Shown: positions 1 to 12,638 of the stretch, piece after piece
How positions within the stretch are numbered: the first letter of the stretch is position 1
Layout: the number at the start of each line of letters is the position of its first letter
Source of the DNA: Mobula hypostoma
Taxonomy: Eukaryota
Length of the DNA: 64,000 nt
Assembly: GCF_963921235.1 (NCBI RefSeq)
Contig: NC_086097.1
Location: 116,562,001 to 116,626,000, forward strand
Direction of reading: 5' to 3'
Program-made: the position numbers and the translations under genes
Notes under the pieces: generated by a model
The model's input: the letters and a program-made list of their open reading frames with translations, nothing else
Told to the model about the DNA's origin: nothing
The model's database searches: none

Positions 1-179
1 TTCGATTTTTTCCAACTATCAACCAGTCTGAGAGGTTAGTAAAAAGATCTCATGGTGATTCACCTCATGAGGTGACGGTGGTAGTGAGACCTACAGTGTA
101 ATCTGTTCATGGCAGTGCAGAAGTTAAATATGGCTTTGGGATGCCATAATGTTGGTAAAGTGGTTTTAGGGCTGTTAGA

Positions 180-1020
180 ACAGCATTCATCCGACTATTC
201 CATCACACTCCTGATGTGTACCCTGTGTGTGATGGAAAGGTTGCAGAGCATCAAGACATGATGTATATCATTTGCCACAGCTCCGACTAAATTCAGAAAG
301 CATAATATCCTTCAGCACTGAAACATAATCCACCAGTTTACATCCGCCACCTTTGGTGCACTGTAACTGCAGAATTTGCCTTTTACAAAATATGTTGTAG
401 GTGCTTGCATCAGCTGCAGTAACAGCACTCCCGTGCAAAATATGAACTGTTCTTGCAAGTATAATATGTATGTATGGTGTAAATGTTGCAAACACTGTAT
501 CAGCCAAGCACTGAATGTTGTCTAGGTCTTATTGCATGTGGTAGTGAACTGTTTCCTTTACTGAAGGGTTGAGAATAGATTTCAACACTATGCCAACATC
601 AGTGACTGTCTCCATTTCTGATCTTACGAACAAAGGAAGGTCTTTGATAATGGAACTGAAGATGCTTGGGCTTTGAAGATTGCCCTAAAAAAAATTTGTC
701 AGTGATTTCTTAGGGCTGGGATGATTAACCTTCAGCAGCCACAACTATTTTCTTTCATTGCAGCCATTATTCCAAATACTGTATTTTTTTCCTTGATGTC
801 CACTGACTTCAGCTTACCAGGATTCTTTGATGGTGCTTTCAGTCACATAAAATGAGTCCAGTTGCTGATGACTGACTTCTGTAACGGCAGTCTTAGAAAA
901 AAGCCAAGTTGGATCATCTAATTGGTATTTTTGACAAATACTTTGGTCTTTTTTAGCCCTCAGACTGTTTGCTGCACCATTGTCAAGGATGGGGTTGCTT
1001 ATTGAAGCTTCTCCTGCCAA
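180..1020 (-). mobile_element. Old, internally deleted CR1-like LINE ORF2 fragment
   Basis: ORF 814-1020 (SNPILDNGAANSLRAK..CQKYQLDDP) resembles the pre-RT region of shark CR1-type ORF2; 620-690 is a decayed reverse complement of the PQGSVLGP coding region. Confidence 0.5.
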
Positions 1021-1069
1021 TTAGTTTTCACTGTTTTTTCCTAATTTAGCAATAGAGCACAGTAACAGG

Positions 1070-1236
1070 CTCTTCCTGCCCAATGAGCCTTTGGAATTTG
1101 GGAGGAAACCAGAGCAACTGGAGGAAATCCTTGAGGTCATGGGAAGCATGTACAAACTCCGTACAGTGGCAGATGAGAGTTGAACCCAGGACGCTAGCAC
1201 CATGAAGCGCTATGCTAACCGCTACGCTACCACGCC
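1070..1236 (-). mobile_element. tRNA-derived V-SINE/HE1-like SINE, 5' part
   Basis: Minus strand has A box TAGCGTAGCGG, B-box-like GGTTCAACTC and the V-domain-type TTTCCTCCAGTTGCTCTGGTTTCCTCCC. Confidence 0.75.
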
Positions 1237-1985
1237 ACCCAGAATTCAGTGTTGTCCACCAGCATTCAGTTAGATATGGCTGGAGTGCAGAGCTTTGAGC
1301 TGATTCATGTGAGAACACATGTAAGAATCCAGTTATTCAACTGACATTGACTGCAGCCAAAGAGAAAATCCTTCTTATCATATATTCAACATCATTGTTT
1401 CCTTGACATGCTGCTAGAACAGTAATAGTTCAGCACAGAATCATTTTAGAAAGATACATGACAGCAAATTATCTCTTATTTCACATTGGAAGTAAACTGG
1501 AAACTTAACCAATGGTAGAACTTCCTATTATTCATTCTCTAGTTAGCAGCAAAATTAGAATTTGCTTTCTGCTTCAACAATTTTTTTTTAAATTTCTGTT
1601 CCCGACGATTAAGACTGTCAATTATACTTTATGTACAATTGAGACTCTATTGGTGATGGGAGAAAGAATAAAATTCATAAAATGTAAGCATATTATAATT
1701 AATATGTAAAAGTCTATTTGAAGGAATTTAGTTCCAGCTAGGAAATCCCAGAGTATCCACTAGGAAAGAGTTTTGTTTTAAGATTTTTTTTTAAATTCTA
1801 GATATGTGGGTGTCAACATGTAGCATATTAGATCTTGTAAAAAATCGACTGAATGTCTTTCAGGTCAATTAACTCTTCCTGAATTCTTAGCATGTGGGGT
1901 CTGTATGTCTATTAGTGAGTAAACACTGAGAATGTACACCTGGATTTCGGATAATTGCTTATATGTGTCAACCTTAATGTACTTT

Positions 1986-2489
1986 TGTAAGCCCAACAGA
2001 TGTTATTAGTTGTATGAATGAGATAACATTGAGCAATTTATGATTCATAAGTGTATGCTGAATGCTCTATTAATGAGCACAGGGTGTGTTTGAAAGAAAA
2101 ACACAGGCTGTGTTGATAGCATGAGAACAAAGGATCAAAGAGTTTGTCTGTCTCTGTGCTTGTGAATTTTGTGGATATATTGGTCTGGTTTTTGAACTGC
2201 CTTTGGACTTCATCCAGGACCAGGACCCTGATTGGTGCCTGGTGTCCTGGGTGGTTTCATGAATTGGAATCAACTGAAGTTCCTCTGACAGTGACAACTA
2301 TCAAGTGGTGACTAAGAGTCATGAGCTGAGTAATCTTTGTGACTTGTTATGTAGTATTTGTGTGGTTTATTTGCACTGTCTATTTTATGATAATAAATTA
2401 GGCTTAAGTTATGTTGTTATGTTTGTATGTTTATTACCACATCTCCTAGACACTTGAATAGTTGGGTCTGACAAACCCAGTTGCTTACA
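1986..2489 (+). mobile_element. Solo-LTR-like element, family C (left edge 1986 or 2001)
   Basis: 3' ~200 bp aligns by eye with the LTR at 36127-36572 (TCAAGTGGTGACTAAGA..AATAAA..TTGGGTCTGA..TTACA); TGTAAGC/GCTTACA inverted ends; no clean TSD. Confidence 0.55.
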
Positions 2490-3034
2490 CAGGAGAAGTA
2501 GTTCTGGTCCTTATACTTCAGGCACCAACTTCTAGTTGCTATGATTGGACAAGAGGAAAGTGTATTGAAACAACTATTCCTCTTGTAACCAAACCTAACA
2601 CTTTTACATCTTTCATAAGGATGTACCTGACATTTTCCTTCAAAGATTGTTTGTAAGGATTAAAAGACTATAGCATAAATCATCCATATCCATCTCTTGA
2701 CACAATCTCTTTGCCAGTCACATCAAAACAAGGTTTACTGGATCATCCATCAAGATATTTTGGATGAAGAAGGTTTTTATGTTCATCTAAACTCAGGGCA
2801 ATGTGGCTATTTTCTGTTCCCATCATCCTCCCTTCTTTTGCCCCAAGGTTCACATCGTTCCAAGCTTGAATTCACAGAGGTCTAGAAGCTTATTCGATGA
2901 AGTGATTGTTCTTTAGCAGTTATAACACCTGCTTCCATTCTATTGGTGAAGTTTAAGTTGACCTTCCTGCATTACCTTTACTGCAATATCCAAATGCTGG
3001 AGAAAGTGGGTGGGCATCTAACTCCCCTCTGATC

Positions 3035-3570
3035 ACAACTGGAATTTCTACATTTTGAAACAAAACCTGGGTGGAAGAGTTCAACATTATTAGAGGGAAA
3101 GTGAAGGGTGATGTTTCAGATTGAGTACCTGCATCAGGAGTGAGAGCGTGAATTGAAGATATCCAGTTTATAGAAATCAGAGGGAAGGGCTGATAGATGC
3201 TGAGTACCTTCAGATGATGGGCAAGCAGAGCTAGATGAGGGAGAGTTGAGACTGAGGAAGATAGGTGACAGGTGGAAACAGATAGGATTGGACGTTGGGC
3301 AAATAGAGTCATATGGGTAAGTGGATAGGTGAGACGAACCAAAGGAGAAGAAATCTATGTAGATAGGTATGTAGTTGATAGGCTGACAGAACTAGGTCAG
3401 GTAGTGTAGTGAGTGAGCTAAAAGGAAAGGGGAAAGGGAAAAAGACACTAGGTGTGCTGGTGGAAGTCGGAGAGGAACATGGGGAGAGGGTTATCTGAAA
3501 GTGGAAAATTCTATGTTGAGGTCCTTGGGCTATAGGCTACACAAGTGGAATATGTACTTCTGGTCTCTAT
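3035..3570 (-). mobile_element. Penelope-like element 3' region, decayed
   Basis: Reverse complement of the GIY-YIG C-terminal coding segment at 3490-3555, a purine-rich spacer and a decayed hammerhead module (CTGATGC..GAAA) at 3100-3140. Confidence 0.55.
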
Positions 3571-3579
3571 TCTCCATAA

Positions 3580-4030
3580 TAGAGTCAGAGGGTACTGTAC
3601 AGAAACAGGTCCTTTGGCCCAGCTTCCCCATGCCAGACAAGTAGCCCTCCTAGGTGAATCATATTTGCATGAACTTGGCTCATATCCACCCAGACTTTTC
3701 CTATTCATGTGCTTGGTGACAGTCCTCTTAAACTTTCCAATTGTTCTATTTCTGCCCCTTCTTTCAGCAGCTCATTCTACATACCCACTACCCTCTATGT
3801 CGGAAACATCCCCCACAGAGCCTTGGTATACTTCCCCTCTCATCATAAATCTGTTCCCTCTAGTTTAGACATCTTACTCTTGGAAAAAAAACTGTGACCT
3901 TCCACCTTATCTATGATCCTCATGATCTTTATACTTCTATAAAGTCACCATTAATTTCCATTCCAGGGGAAATACACCCAGATTATCTAGTCTCTCCTTA
4001 TAACTCAAGCCCACGAGTCCCGATAGCCAG
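3580..4030 (-). mobile_element. CR1 LINE 3' fragment
   Basis: CR1 3'UTR signature (ACAGAAACAGGTCCTTTGGCCC on +) followed by the decayed reverse complement of the ORF2 C-terminus. Confidence 0.65.
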
Positions 4031-4035
4031 AATTT

Positions 4036-4288
4036 CAGAGTATTTTGAGCAGTTTTGGGCCCCTTATCTAAGAAAGAAAGTGATACTATTGGAGAGGGTC
4101 CAGAGGAGATTCACAAGAATGATTCTGTGAATGAAAGGGTCAAGACATGAGGAGCATTTCATGCTCTGGGTCTGTACTCACTGGAGTTTAGAAGAATGAG
4201 GGGGGATCTCATTGAAACTTATCAAATGATTTGGCATGGACTGGATGGGCCAAAGGGTCCGTTTCTGTGCTGTAGTGTTCTATGACTT
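4036..4288 (+). mobile_element. CR1 LINE 3' fragment
   Basis: Encodes EYFEQFWAPYLRK..LERVQRRFTRMI and ends in GGGCCAAAGGGTCC..TTCTATGA. Confidence 0.75.
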
Positions 4289-4844
4289 TAACTCCCCTTT
4301 CTGTCCCCAAACCCATGTCTACAAACCTAAAAAGCAACTAAATCTGAGCAGCAACCTCTATGGAGAACACAGCTCAGCACCATCTTGGTCAAGGAGTTGT
4401 TATTTCCAATCTGCACAGACTGCTGTCTTCTAATAATAAGTCAAGGATCTAGTTGCAGAGGGCGATACAAGGGCCCAGGTTGTGAAGCTTGTTGATAAGA
4501 ATTTCGGGCATTATACTCTGATAGTAATCTAGAAAGTTACAATACAATGAGAGACCATTTAGCTGACTGAATCTGTATTGCTAATTCATTTTCCATGTGA
4601 AATTATTTGTTTTATCACTCCTGTCTCATTTTCACCTACTTGGTGCTTTCCCTTTTCAATTGTTTAATTCTCTTCTGATAAGTAAGAATGATTTTTTCTT
4701 CATTAATTCACTATTGAATGTCCATTTGATATGCCTTGGGATTATCTATTTATACATTTTTCAGTTCGTAAATTATCACAGATTTATTTGCCGGGAAAAA
4801 GAAAAACAAGTTAACTTACTTACTATAAGACAGGAAGAGGCCAC

Positions 4845-4928
4845 TTATCTGGAGGAATTCAGCAGATCAGGCAGCATCCATGGAGAAGAATTAACAGTCG
4901 AGATTTCGGGCTGAAACCCTTCATCAGG
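4845..4928 (-). ncRNA. Penelope terminal module with a minimal type I hammerhead ribozyme motif
   Basis: Minus strand reads cCTGATGAagggtttcagcccGAAAtcTCgactg: both core boxes are intact, stem II is GGG/CCC and helix III is absent. Confidence 0.6.
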
Positions 4929-5674
4929 CCAATTAATATTATTATATTTGATTTTAAAAAATCAAAATTTTCTGAAAACTTGAAGATTAGTTCTTATTCT
5001 CGGTATTATGTTCAAGAATCTATGCCACTTTTTCCATTAATTTTTGTCTCCTTCCTATACTTGCACCATTCCAGATACTTATTAAAAAGTGCTCTGCACA
5101 TCCAGTGTCATTTTGAACTTCTGTATTCTACAAAATATTTATTGCTGTAAAAGTGTAAACTATTGATACAAAATCAATTATTTCATCTCCTAATTTTATG
5201 ATCTTATCACTTGCAGTACCAAGATTAATCATCAATTCTCTCAGTAATTTTTTTTCTCTGTTCTAATCAGAATCTTGCAAGGGAATATATAACTTGTTTT
5301 GCATTCATACTTCCGGAATAGATTACCTTTCTATTTTTTTCAGTAATGAGCTACACTTCCCCTCTTTCAATCATGTCTAATGGAATAATTGTGAAGACCT
5401 TTAGTTTGTTTATTGTAATTCCAACAGTGCCTTCATTGCAAAATTGTTTTATCATCTAACGCTATTGAATGCTGCCAAAACACATGAGCACACTCTGAAT
5501 GGGCTTCACTGTAAATTATCTTCATGATTGTAGTTCCATACAAGTGAAGATGAAAGTCGAATGCCAAAGGCACGCCTTGAACTTCCGAGTCACTTTATGT
5601 CAGCCTGTCAATACTCAGGCCATGACACTCAGAGACTTATGCTTATATTATTTTGGGATCAGAAGTGGAAAGAG

Positions 5675-7171
5675 TGGCAGTTTCAAGTTCCTGGGTATCA
5701 ACATCTCTGAGGATCTTTCCTCGGTATAAATGCAGCTACAAAGAAGGGATGACAGCAGCTATATTTCATTCGGAGTTTGAGGAGTTTCGGTATAGAAACA
5801 TAGAAACATAGAAAATAGGTGCAGGAGTAGGCCATTCGGCCCTTCGAGCCTGCACCGCCATTTATTATGATCATGGCTGATCATCCAACTCAGAACCCAG
5901 CCTTCCCTCCATACCCCCTGACCCCTGTAGCCACAAGGGCCATATCTAACTTCCTCTTAAACATAGCCAATGAACCGGCCTCAACAGTTTGCTGTGGCAG
6001 AGAATTCCACAGATTCACCACTCTGTGTGAAGAAGTTTTTCCTAATCTCGGTCCTAAAAGGCTTCCCCTCTATCCTCAAACTGTGACCCCTCGTTCTGGA
6101 CCTCCCCAACATCGGGAACAATCTTCCCGCATCTAGCCTGTCCAATCCCTTTAGGATCTTATACGTTTCAATCAGATCCCCCCTCAATCTTCTAAATTCC
6201 AACGAGTACAAGCCCAGTTCATCCAGTCTTTCTTCATATGAAAGACCTGCCATCCCAGGAATCAATCTGGTGAACCTTCTTTGTACTCCCTCTATGGCAA
6301 AGATGTCTTTCCTCAGATTAGGGGACCAAAACTGCACACAATACTCCAGGTGTGGTCTCACCAAGGCCTTGTACAACTGCAGTAGTACCTCCCTGCTCCT
6401 GTACTCGAATCCTCTCGCTATAAATGCCAGCATACCGTTCGCCTTTTTCACCGCCTGCTGTACCTGCATGCCCACTTTCAATGACTGGTGTATAATGACA
6501 CCCAGGTCTCGTTGCACCTCCCCTTTTCCTAATCGGCCACCATTCAGATAATAATCTGTTTTCCTATTTTTGCCACCAAAGTGGATAACTTCACATTTAT
6601 CCACATTCACAATTTTTTGCAGATGTGCCGTGGAGAGCATTCTAACTGACTGCATCACTGTCTGGTATGGAGCGGGGGGCGGGGGGCGGAGGGGGATACT
6701 GAATGGGATTGAAATAAGCTGCTGAGTGTTGTAAACTTAGTCAGCTCCGTCATGAGCACTAGCCTCCATAGTATCTAGGACAACTTCAAGGAGCAATGTC
6801 GCAAAAATGTGGCATATATCATTAAGGACCCCATCATCCACAACATGCCCTCTTCTCATTGTTACCATCAGAAAGGAGATACAGGAGCCAGAAGGCACGA
6901 TTCAGTGATTCAGGAACAGCTTCTTCCCCTCTGCCATCCAATTTCTGAATGGACTTTGAACCCATGAACATGACCTCATACCTAATTTATTTTCATTTTT
7001 ATTTTTGCACTACTTATTTAACTTAACAATTTAGTGTATGTATATATATATACACACACATACATACTGACCGTTATTCACAGTTTTTTCTCTATTATTA
7101 TGTACTGCTGATGCAAAGACAACAGATTTCATGATATATGCTGGTGATATTAAACCTGATTCTGATTCTGA
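5675..7171 (+). mobile_element. Rex1/Babar-type LINE 3' fragment, split by a young CR1
   Basis: FKFLGINISEDLS motif; resumes at 6608 with the ..VESILT.. coding region; ends in a (GATTCT)n tail. Confidence 0.75.
5792..6607 (-). mobile_element. Young 5'-truncated CR1 LINE, same subfamily as 32211-35326
   Basis: Near-identical to the 3' 0.8 kb of the long copy; GGCC-GAAT-GGCC 3' hairpin and (TTTCTATG)n tail; ORF 5981-6658. Confidence 0.95.
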
Positions 7172-7377
7172 CTGCATGCACTGATTCATAATTGTATGTA
7201 CTGTGTGTAACTGTATGGACTGTGTTTACTACCTTGGACCCAGAGGAATGATGTTTTGTTTAGCTGTATACAAGTGTATGGGTGAATGACAATAAAATTG
7301 AACTTGAACTTGAAAACAAAAACTAGGAAATCTTGAGAAGTAAGAACATGGGGATTATAAGAGTTCAGAAGGAACTT

Positions 7378-7757
7378 AAGACCATAAGACATAGGAGCAG
7401 AATTAGGCCATTCTGCCCATCAAGTCTGCTCCACCATTCCATCATGGCTGATCTCAGATCCCACTCAACCCCATACACCTGCCTTGTCACCATATCCTTT
7501 GATGCCCTGCTTGACCAGGAAAAGATCAATTTCCACTTTAAATATACCCATGGACATGGCGTCTACCATAGTCTGTGGCAGAGCATTCCACCGATTTTCT
7601 AATCACTGGCTAAAAACATTCCTCCTTACCTCTGTTCTAAAAGGTCACCCCTCAACTTTGAGGCTGTGCCGTCTAGTTCTGGATACCCCCACCATAGGAA
7701 ATGTCCTCTCCACATCCACCCTACGTCGTCCTTTCAACATTTGGTAGGTTTCAATGA
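7378..7757 (-). mobile_element. CR1 LINE 3' fragment
   Basis: AAGACCATAAGACATAGGAGCAGAATTAGGCC tail/hairpin, then the reverse complement of the ORF2 C-terminus. Confidence 0.8.
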
Positions 7758-7884
7758 AACTAGTAAGCCTAACGTCAGCTGACTCTTTGTAATAAATTTA
7801 TGCTGATCATTTTTTTAAACCCATATACCTTTACTGCAAGCTTTACAAAAAAATTTCTCGAGAAAATTTTCTCTGAATTTAAGA

Positions 7885-8085
7885 AAGATGACAGGACCTG
7901 AGCTTTCAGTAAATCTGGAAAGGGAGACAGTGTTATTGCTTCAAGTCAAAGAGCCTCCATCCCTGTCTGATGAAGGGCCTTCACGCTGAAGCATTAACTT
8001 ATTTCCTTGTTCCTTCGATACTGCCTGACCTGCTGACGGTTTCCATCATTTTTCTGTGCTTTTTTCAGATTTCCAGTGGTCGCCA
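7885..8085. mobile_element. Decayed Penelope terminal modules, apparently an inverted pair
   Basis: + copy from 7963: CTGATGAAGGG..GATACTGCCTGACCTGCTGA..TTTCCA; a weaker minus copy lies just upstream. Confidence 0.5.
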
Positions 8086-9877
8086 TTTTTTTTTGTGAAT
8101 TTCCTTCAGCAAAGCCGATTGGTGCTTTAGTATTTAAATATCAGTAACACAATGTAAGGTTCAGAGTAGCAATAGGTTGTCAGAAATGAAGTGGTGATAA
8201 TTCTAATAAACCCATTTTCAGAACAGAAATGGATGCCTTAGAGATTAAAACTAAACCAAAATTAGGCATGGGGCTCAATAATGTCATGCTGGTCCCCAAT
8301 AGTAAACTCTGGTTTCCATGTTGGTTTTACATCCATCAAATTAGTTCAACTAAGTCGCCTCCCTATTACCTTAGGGATAAGACATTAAGCAAAGTCTCCC
8401 AATTGAAAGGGATGAAAATAACCTTGCAAGTTCTTTTCACAACACAAGGGAACATAACTTCTGTTGTGAAGAAAATGCTCAGCATCTAGCACAGTTAAAA
8501 TTAAATTTACTAGTGGTTATCTTTATTGAGACAATGATTCGCATCAAGATGAAGTTTCAGTGGAAAAGCCTGAAGATGTGAAAGATATGAAGGAACATAG
8601 AACATAGAACAGTGCAGCACAATACAACCCAGAATGTTGCACCAGTCATTTAACCTACTGCAGGATCAATCTTACCCTTCCTCCCACATAGCCCTCCATT
8701 CTTCTTTCATCCATATGTCTAACTAAACATCTCTTAATGTTACTAATATACTGTAGCTGCCTTTATCAAGACACCTGCACTTACCACTCTTTGCATAAAA
8801 AAATCTATCTTTAACATACCCCCATATTTTCATCCAGTCATCTTAAAATTATGCCCTCTCCTAGTACCCATTTCAGCCTTTGGGAAAAAAGGCACTGGAT
8901 GTCCACTCTATCTATGCCTTTTAAGATCTTATGGAGCTCTATCAAGTTGCCTCTCATCCTCTTAGCTTGCTCCAACTTCCCTCCTAAGACACAATTTTTG
9001 CTCCATGCAGCATTTTGGTAAATCTCCTCTGCAACCTCTTTAAAACTTCCACATCTTTCCTGTAATAAGGCAACCAGAACTGAACATAATATTCCGAGTG
9101 TGGTCTGTAAACCAGAGTTTTAGAGAGTAGCAACATTACCTTGTGGCGCTTGAACTCATTAGCTCAACTAATGAAGGCTAACACACTGTATGCCTTATTA
9201 ACCACATTATCAACTCACGCGACAACTTTGAGGGATGCATTGGAACCCAAGATACCCCTATTCCTCTAAGAATCATGCCAATAACTTTGTACTCTGCTTT
9301 CAAGTTCGACCTTCCAAATAAAATCACTTAACAGCTTTCTGGACTGAGCTCCATTTGCCAATTTTCAGCCCAGCTCTGCATTCTGACAATGTCCCATTCT
9401 AACCTATGACAACTTCCTACGTTATCTATCAATATTCATGTCATTTGCATACTTACTAACCCACTTTTCCACTTTCTCTTCTTAGTAATTTATTAAAATC
9501 CGAAAGGGCAAGGGTCCCAAAACAGATCCCAGCGGAACACAATTAGTCACTGACCTCCAGGCAGAATACTCTCCATCTATTACCATTCTTTGTTTCTGTG
9601 GGCAAGCTAATTGTGAAACCAAGCAACCAAGCTTCCCTTGATCCCATGCCACCTGTCTTTCTGAATGAGCCTAACATGGGGAACTTTGTCGGACACCTTC
9701 CTAAAATTCATATGCACCACACCTACCGCTCTAGCTTTATCAATTTTTTTGTTGCTTCTTTGAAGTCAATTAGCCTCCTGAGGCATGACCTGCCCTTCAC
9801 AAAGCCATGGAAATTATACCAAAGCAGACTATGCTTCTCCAATTGCTTGTAAATCCTGAATCTAAAAATTCCCTCAA

Positions 9878-11158
9878 TGTCATACAGCGGTGGCTCAGAA
9901 CGGACCCAAGTGCAAGACACAGACACTGAAGGACTTGGAACAGGACTAGGATACAGGGTGAGGGCAAGGACATGGACACGAAAACCGGGAACCTGGAACA
10001 GGACTGGACAAGAGAGCTAGGAGCCCAGGCTTGGACTCCGAGCCAGAGACTGGACAAGGACCCAGTACCTGGGTCTTGCCTCTGGCTCAGATCCCAGAAC
10101 TAGGCAAGGACGAGGCTTGGCAGGCAGGCAGGACGAGGCTGGAGTCTTCAGGCTTGAGGCTAGAGGTGAGGCTTGGCAGGAGGCAGGAGGCTGGAGTTTT
10201 CAGGCTTGAGGCTAGAGGCGAGGCTTGGCAGGAGGCTGGAGTCTTCAGGCTTGAGGCTAGAGGCGAGGCTTGGCAGGAGGCAGGAGTCTTCAGGCTTGAG
10301 GCTTGAGGCTAGGGACCTGAGGTGAGGCTTGAGGCTAGGCAGAAGGCTGGATTCTTCAGGCTTGAGGCTAGAGGCTAGAGACTTGAGGCGAGGCAAGGCA
10401 GGAGGCAGGAGGCTAGAGTCTAAAGACTTGAGGTGAGACGAGGCTAGGCAGAAGGCTGGAGTTTTCAGGCTTGAGGCTAGGCAGGAGGCTGGAGTCTTCA
10501 GGCTTGAGGTTAGAGGCCAGAGACTTGAGGCGAGGCTTGGCAGGAGGCAGGAGGCTAGAGGCTAAAGACTTGAGGTGAGGCTTGAAGCTAGGCAGGAGGC
10601 TGGAGTCTTCAGGCTTGAGGCTAGGTAGGCTCCTCCTGGGCAGGGCGCGGATCACCACCCAACAGAGGCATGGAACAGGAAGGGACAGAACCAACTGCAG
10701 GTAACGGCAAGACGGCCTGACTTTACCCGACGGAGGCAAGGAACAGGAAGTGACAGAACCAACCGTAGGTAATGACAAGATGGCCTGGCTTACCCGACGG
10801 AGGCAAGGGACAGGAAGGGAGCTGGATACGAGGTGGCTCCAGGACAAGACAGCAAGACAAGGCAAGGTTTCAGTCAATGCAAGGCAAGACAGAACTTCAG
10901 GCGAGGTGAGAGTTACCGGCAAGGCTTCAGGCGAGGAAACAGAAAGCAGAGCAAGGGATACAAGGAGTAAGGACAAGAACAATCCAGCAGCCACGCCCTG
11001 GTCTCTGGAGGTATTTATACAGCCAGCCCCAACGAGCATCAGCTGCCTCAATTAGAGCTCAACAAGAACGGAAACAGGGTAGACAGGAAAACCTGGAGCA
11101 AAGGTTGATGGACCGGACTGTGAAACGGAATACGGACTTCACGGACTGGACCATGACA
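9878..11158 (-). mobile_element. Gypsy-type solo LTR, family A (1281 bp)
   Basis: TGTCAT...ATGACA ends; exact 5-bp TSD CTCAA at 9873-9877 and 11159-11163; TATAAATACC on minus near 11010-11019; internal tandem array; homologous to 59365-60471. Confidence 0.9.
10105..10625 (+). repeat. Irregular purine-rich tandem array inside LTR family A
   Basis: Recurring ~33-42 bp units built from GAGGCTAG(A/G), GGCAGGAGGCTGGAGTCTTCAGGCTT and GACTTGAGGCGAGG. Confidence 0.9.
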
Positions 11159-11677
11159 CTCAAATAGTTTTCCCATCACTAAAGCAAGACTGATCTTTAA
11201 TTCCTAGGATTATCCCTATTAACTTTCTTGAACAAAGGAATAACATTTGCCATCCTCCAATTTTCTGGAACTAGGGAAAACACTTTAAACCACTTTTTAT
11301 AATACTGCTTACATTGTAAATACATGCTGGTATATACTGAATGGATTTATACACATTTTATTCTATACCTATTCTGTAACTTCTAACGTATTTTATATAA
11401 TTCTTTATTCTTTATAATAGTGGAATGTTGTTCTTTTTGTTGCATTTTGCACCGACACACCGCAGCAAATTCCCAATGTACTGTCTGTTCACGTATATGG
11501 CAAATGAAATTGCTCCTTCATCCTTGATGAAGGGAAAAGTACCTTCCTTTCATAAATATTAAAAGACTCTGAATAACAGCACCCCAAAAATTATTTATTC
11601 ATCACATTGGCTTCAGAAGAAGAGTTAAATTATTTAATCCCTTTCATTGTGTTTTAGCATAACTTGACCACCCACTA

Positions 11678-12248
11678 CAAAGTCAAATCAAGTCAAGTCG
11701 TCACTTTTTATTGTTATTTCAACCATAACTGCTGGTACAGAGCATAGTAAAAATGAGACAACGTTTTCCAGGACCGTGGTGCTAAATGAAACAATACAAA
11801 AACTACACTGAACTACGTAAGAAAAAACACAAAAAACTACACAAGACTTCAGACTTATACAGGACTGCATAAAGTTCACAAAACAGTGTAGGCACTTACA
11901 ATAAATAATAATAAATAATAAACAAGACAGTAGGCACAGTAGAGGGCAGTAGGTTGGTGTCAGTCCAGGCTCAGGGTATTGAGGAGTCTGATGGCTTGGG
12001 GGAAGAAATTGTTGCATAGTCTGGTCGTGAGAGCCCGAATGCTTTGGTGCCTTTTTCCAGCTGGCAGGAGGGAGAAGAGTTTATATGAGGGGTGCGTGGG
12101 GTCCTTCATAATGCTGTTTGCTTTGCGGATGCAGCGTGTGGTGTAAATGTCTGTGATGGCGGGAATAAAGACCCCAATGATCCTCTCAGCTGACCTCACT
12201 ATCAGCTGCAGGGTCTTGCGATCCGAGATGGTGCAATTTCTGAACCAA
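11678..12248 (-). mobile_element. Rex1/Babar LINE 3' fragment
   Basis: ORF 11960-12199 (IMKDPTHPSYKLFSLLPAGKR..NFFPQAIRLLN); (TGACT)n-like tail. Confidence 0.85.
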
Positions 12249-12319
12249 ACTAGTTCTCGGGCTGGATGCTAACTGACAAGCATGCAAGCTCATTGGTCAT
12301 GCACTCATGGACCACTGTC

Positions 12320-12638
12320 TCTCTGAGCTGAGAGAGACTGTAGTGTAGCATAGGGTCTCCCTAAGGATAAGAGGCTGGCTCAGAATAGCTTTACCAGCCA
12401 GCAGTCCTGCAGTTGGAAGACTGCCTCTGGGTGACAGGGAGGAAAAGATGTTTGCTGTTCTTATATTGTTGCATACTATGCTCTGTGCTGCTTTGCCGAG
12501 CATTGTGGGCTTGCTATGCTCGACCGGAATGTGTGACAACATTTGCAGGCTGATCCCAGTACATCATTCGGTGTGTTTGATTGTCAACGCCAATGGCACA
12601 TGTCATTGTATGTGATAAATAAATTTAAATCTGAATCT
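12320..12638 (+). mobile_element. Probable non-autonomous retroposon or LINE 3'UTR
   Basis: Ends in ATAAATAAA..AATCTGAATCT, a short-repeat tail like other L2/Rex-type ends here; no ORF. Confidence 0.35.

Larger units (their letters stand above)
8593..11275 (-). mobile_element. Decayed CR1 LINE (RT and 3' end) interrupted by a solo LTR
   Basis: GAACATAGAACATAGAAC tail on +; HGFVKGRSCL motif in ORF 9723-9926; sequence continues after 11163. Confidence 0.85.

Noticed and set aside
8535..8610. Acidic peptide DNDSHQDEVSVEKPEDVKDMKE
   Set aside because: It is short, runs into a CR1 tail and has no donor site.
10105..10625. CRISPR-like array or repeat-protein ORFs (also 59600-59950)
   Set aside because: There are no unique spacers or cas genes; units are irregular and lie within LTRs, and the ORFs result from low complexity.
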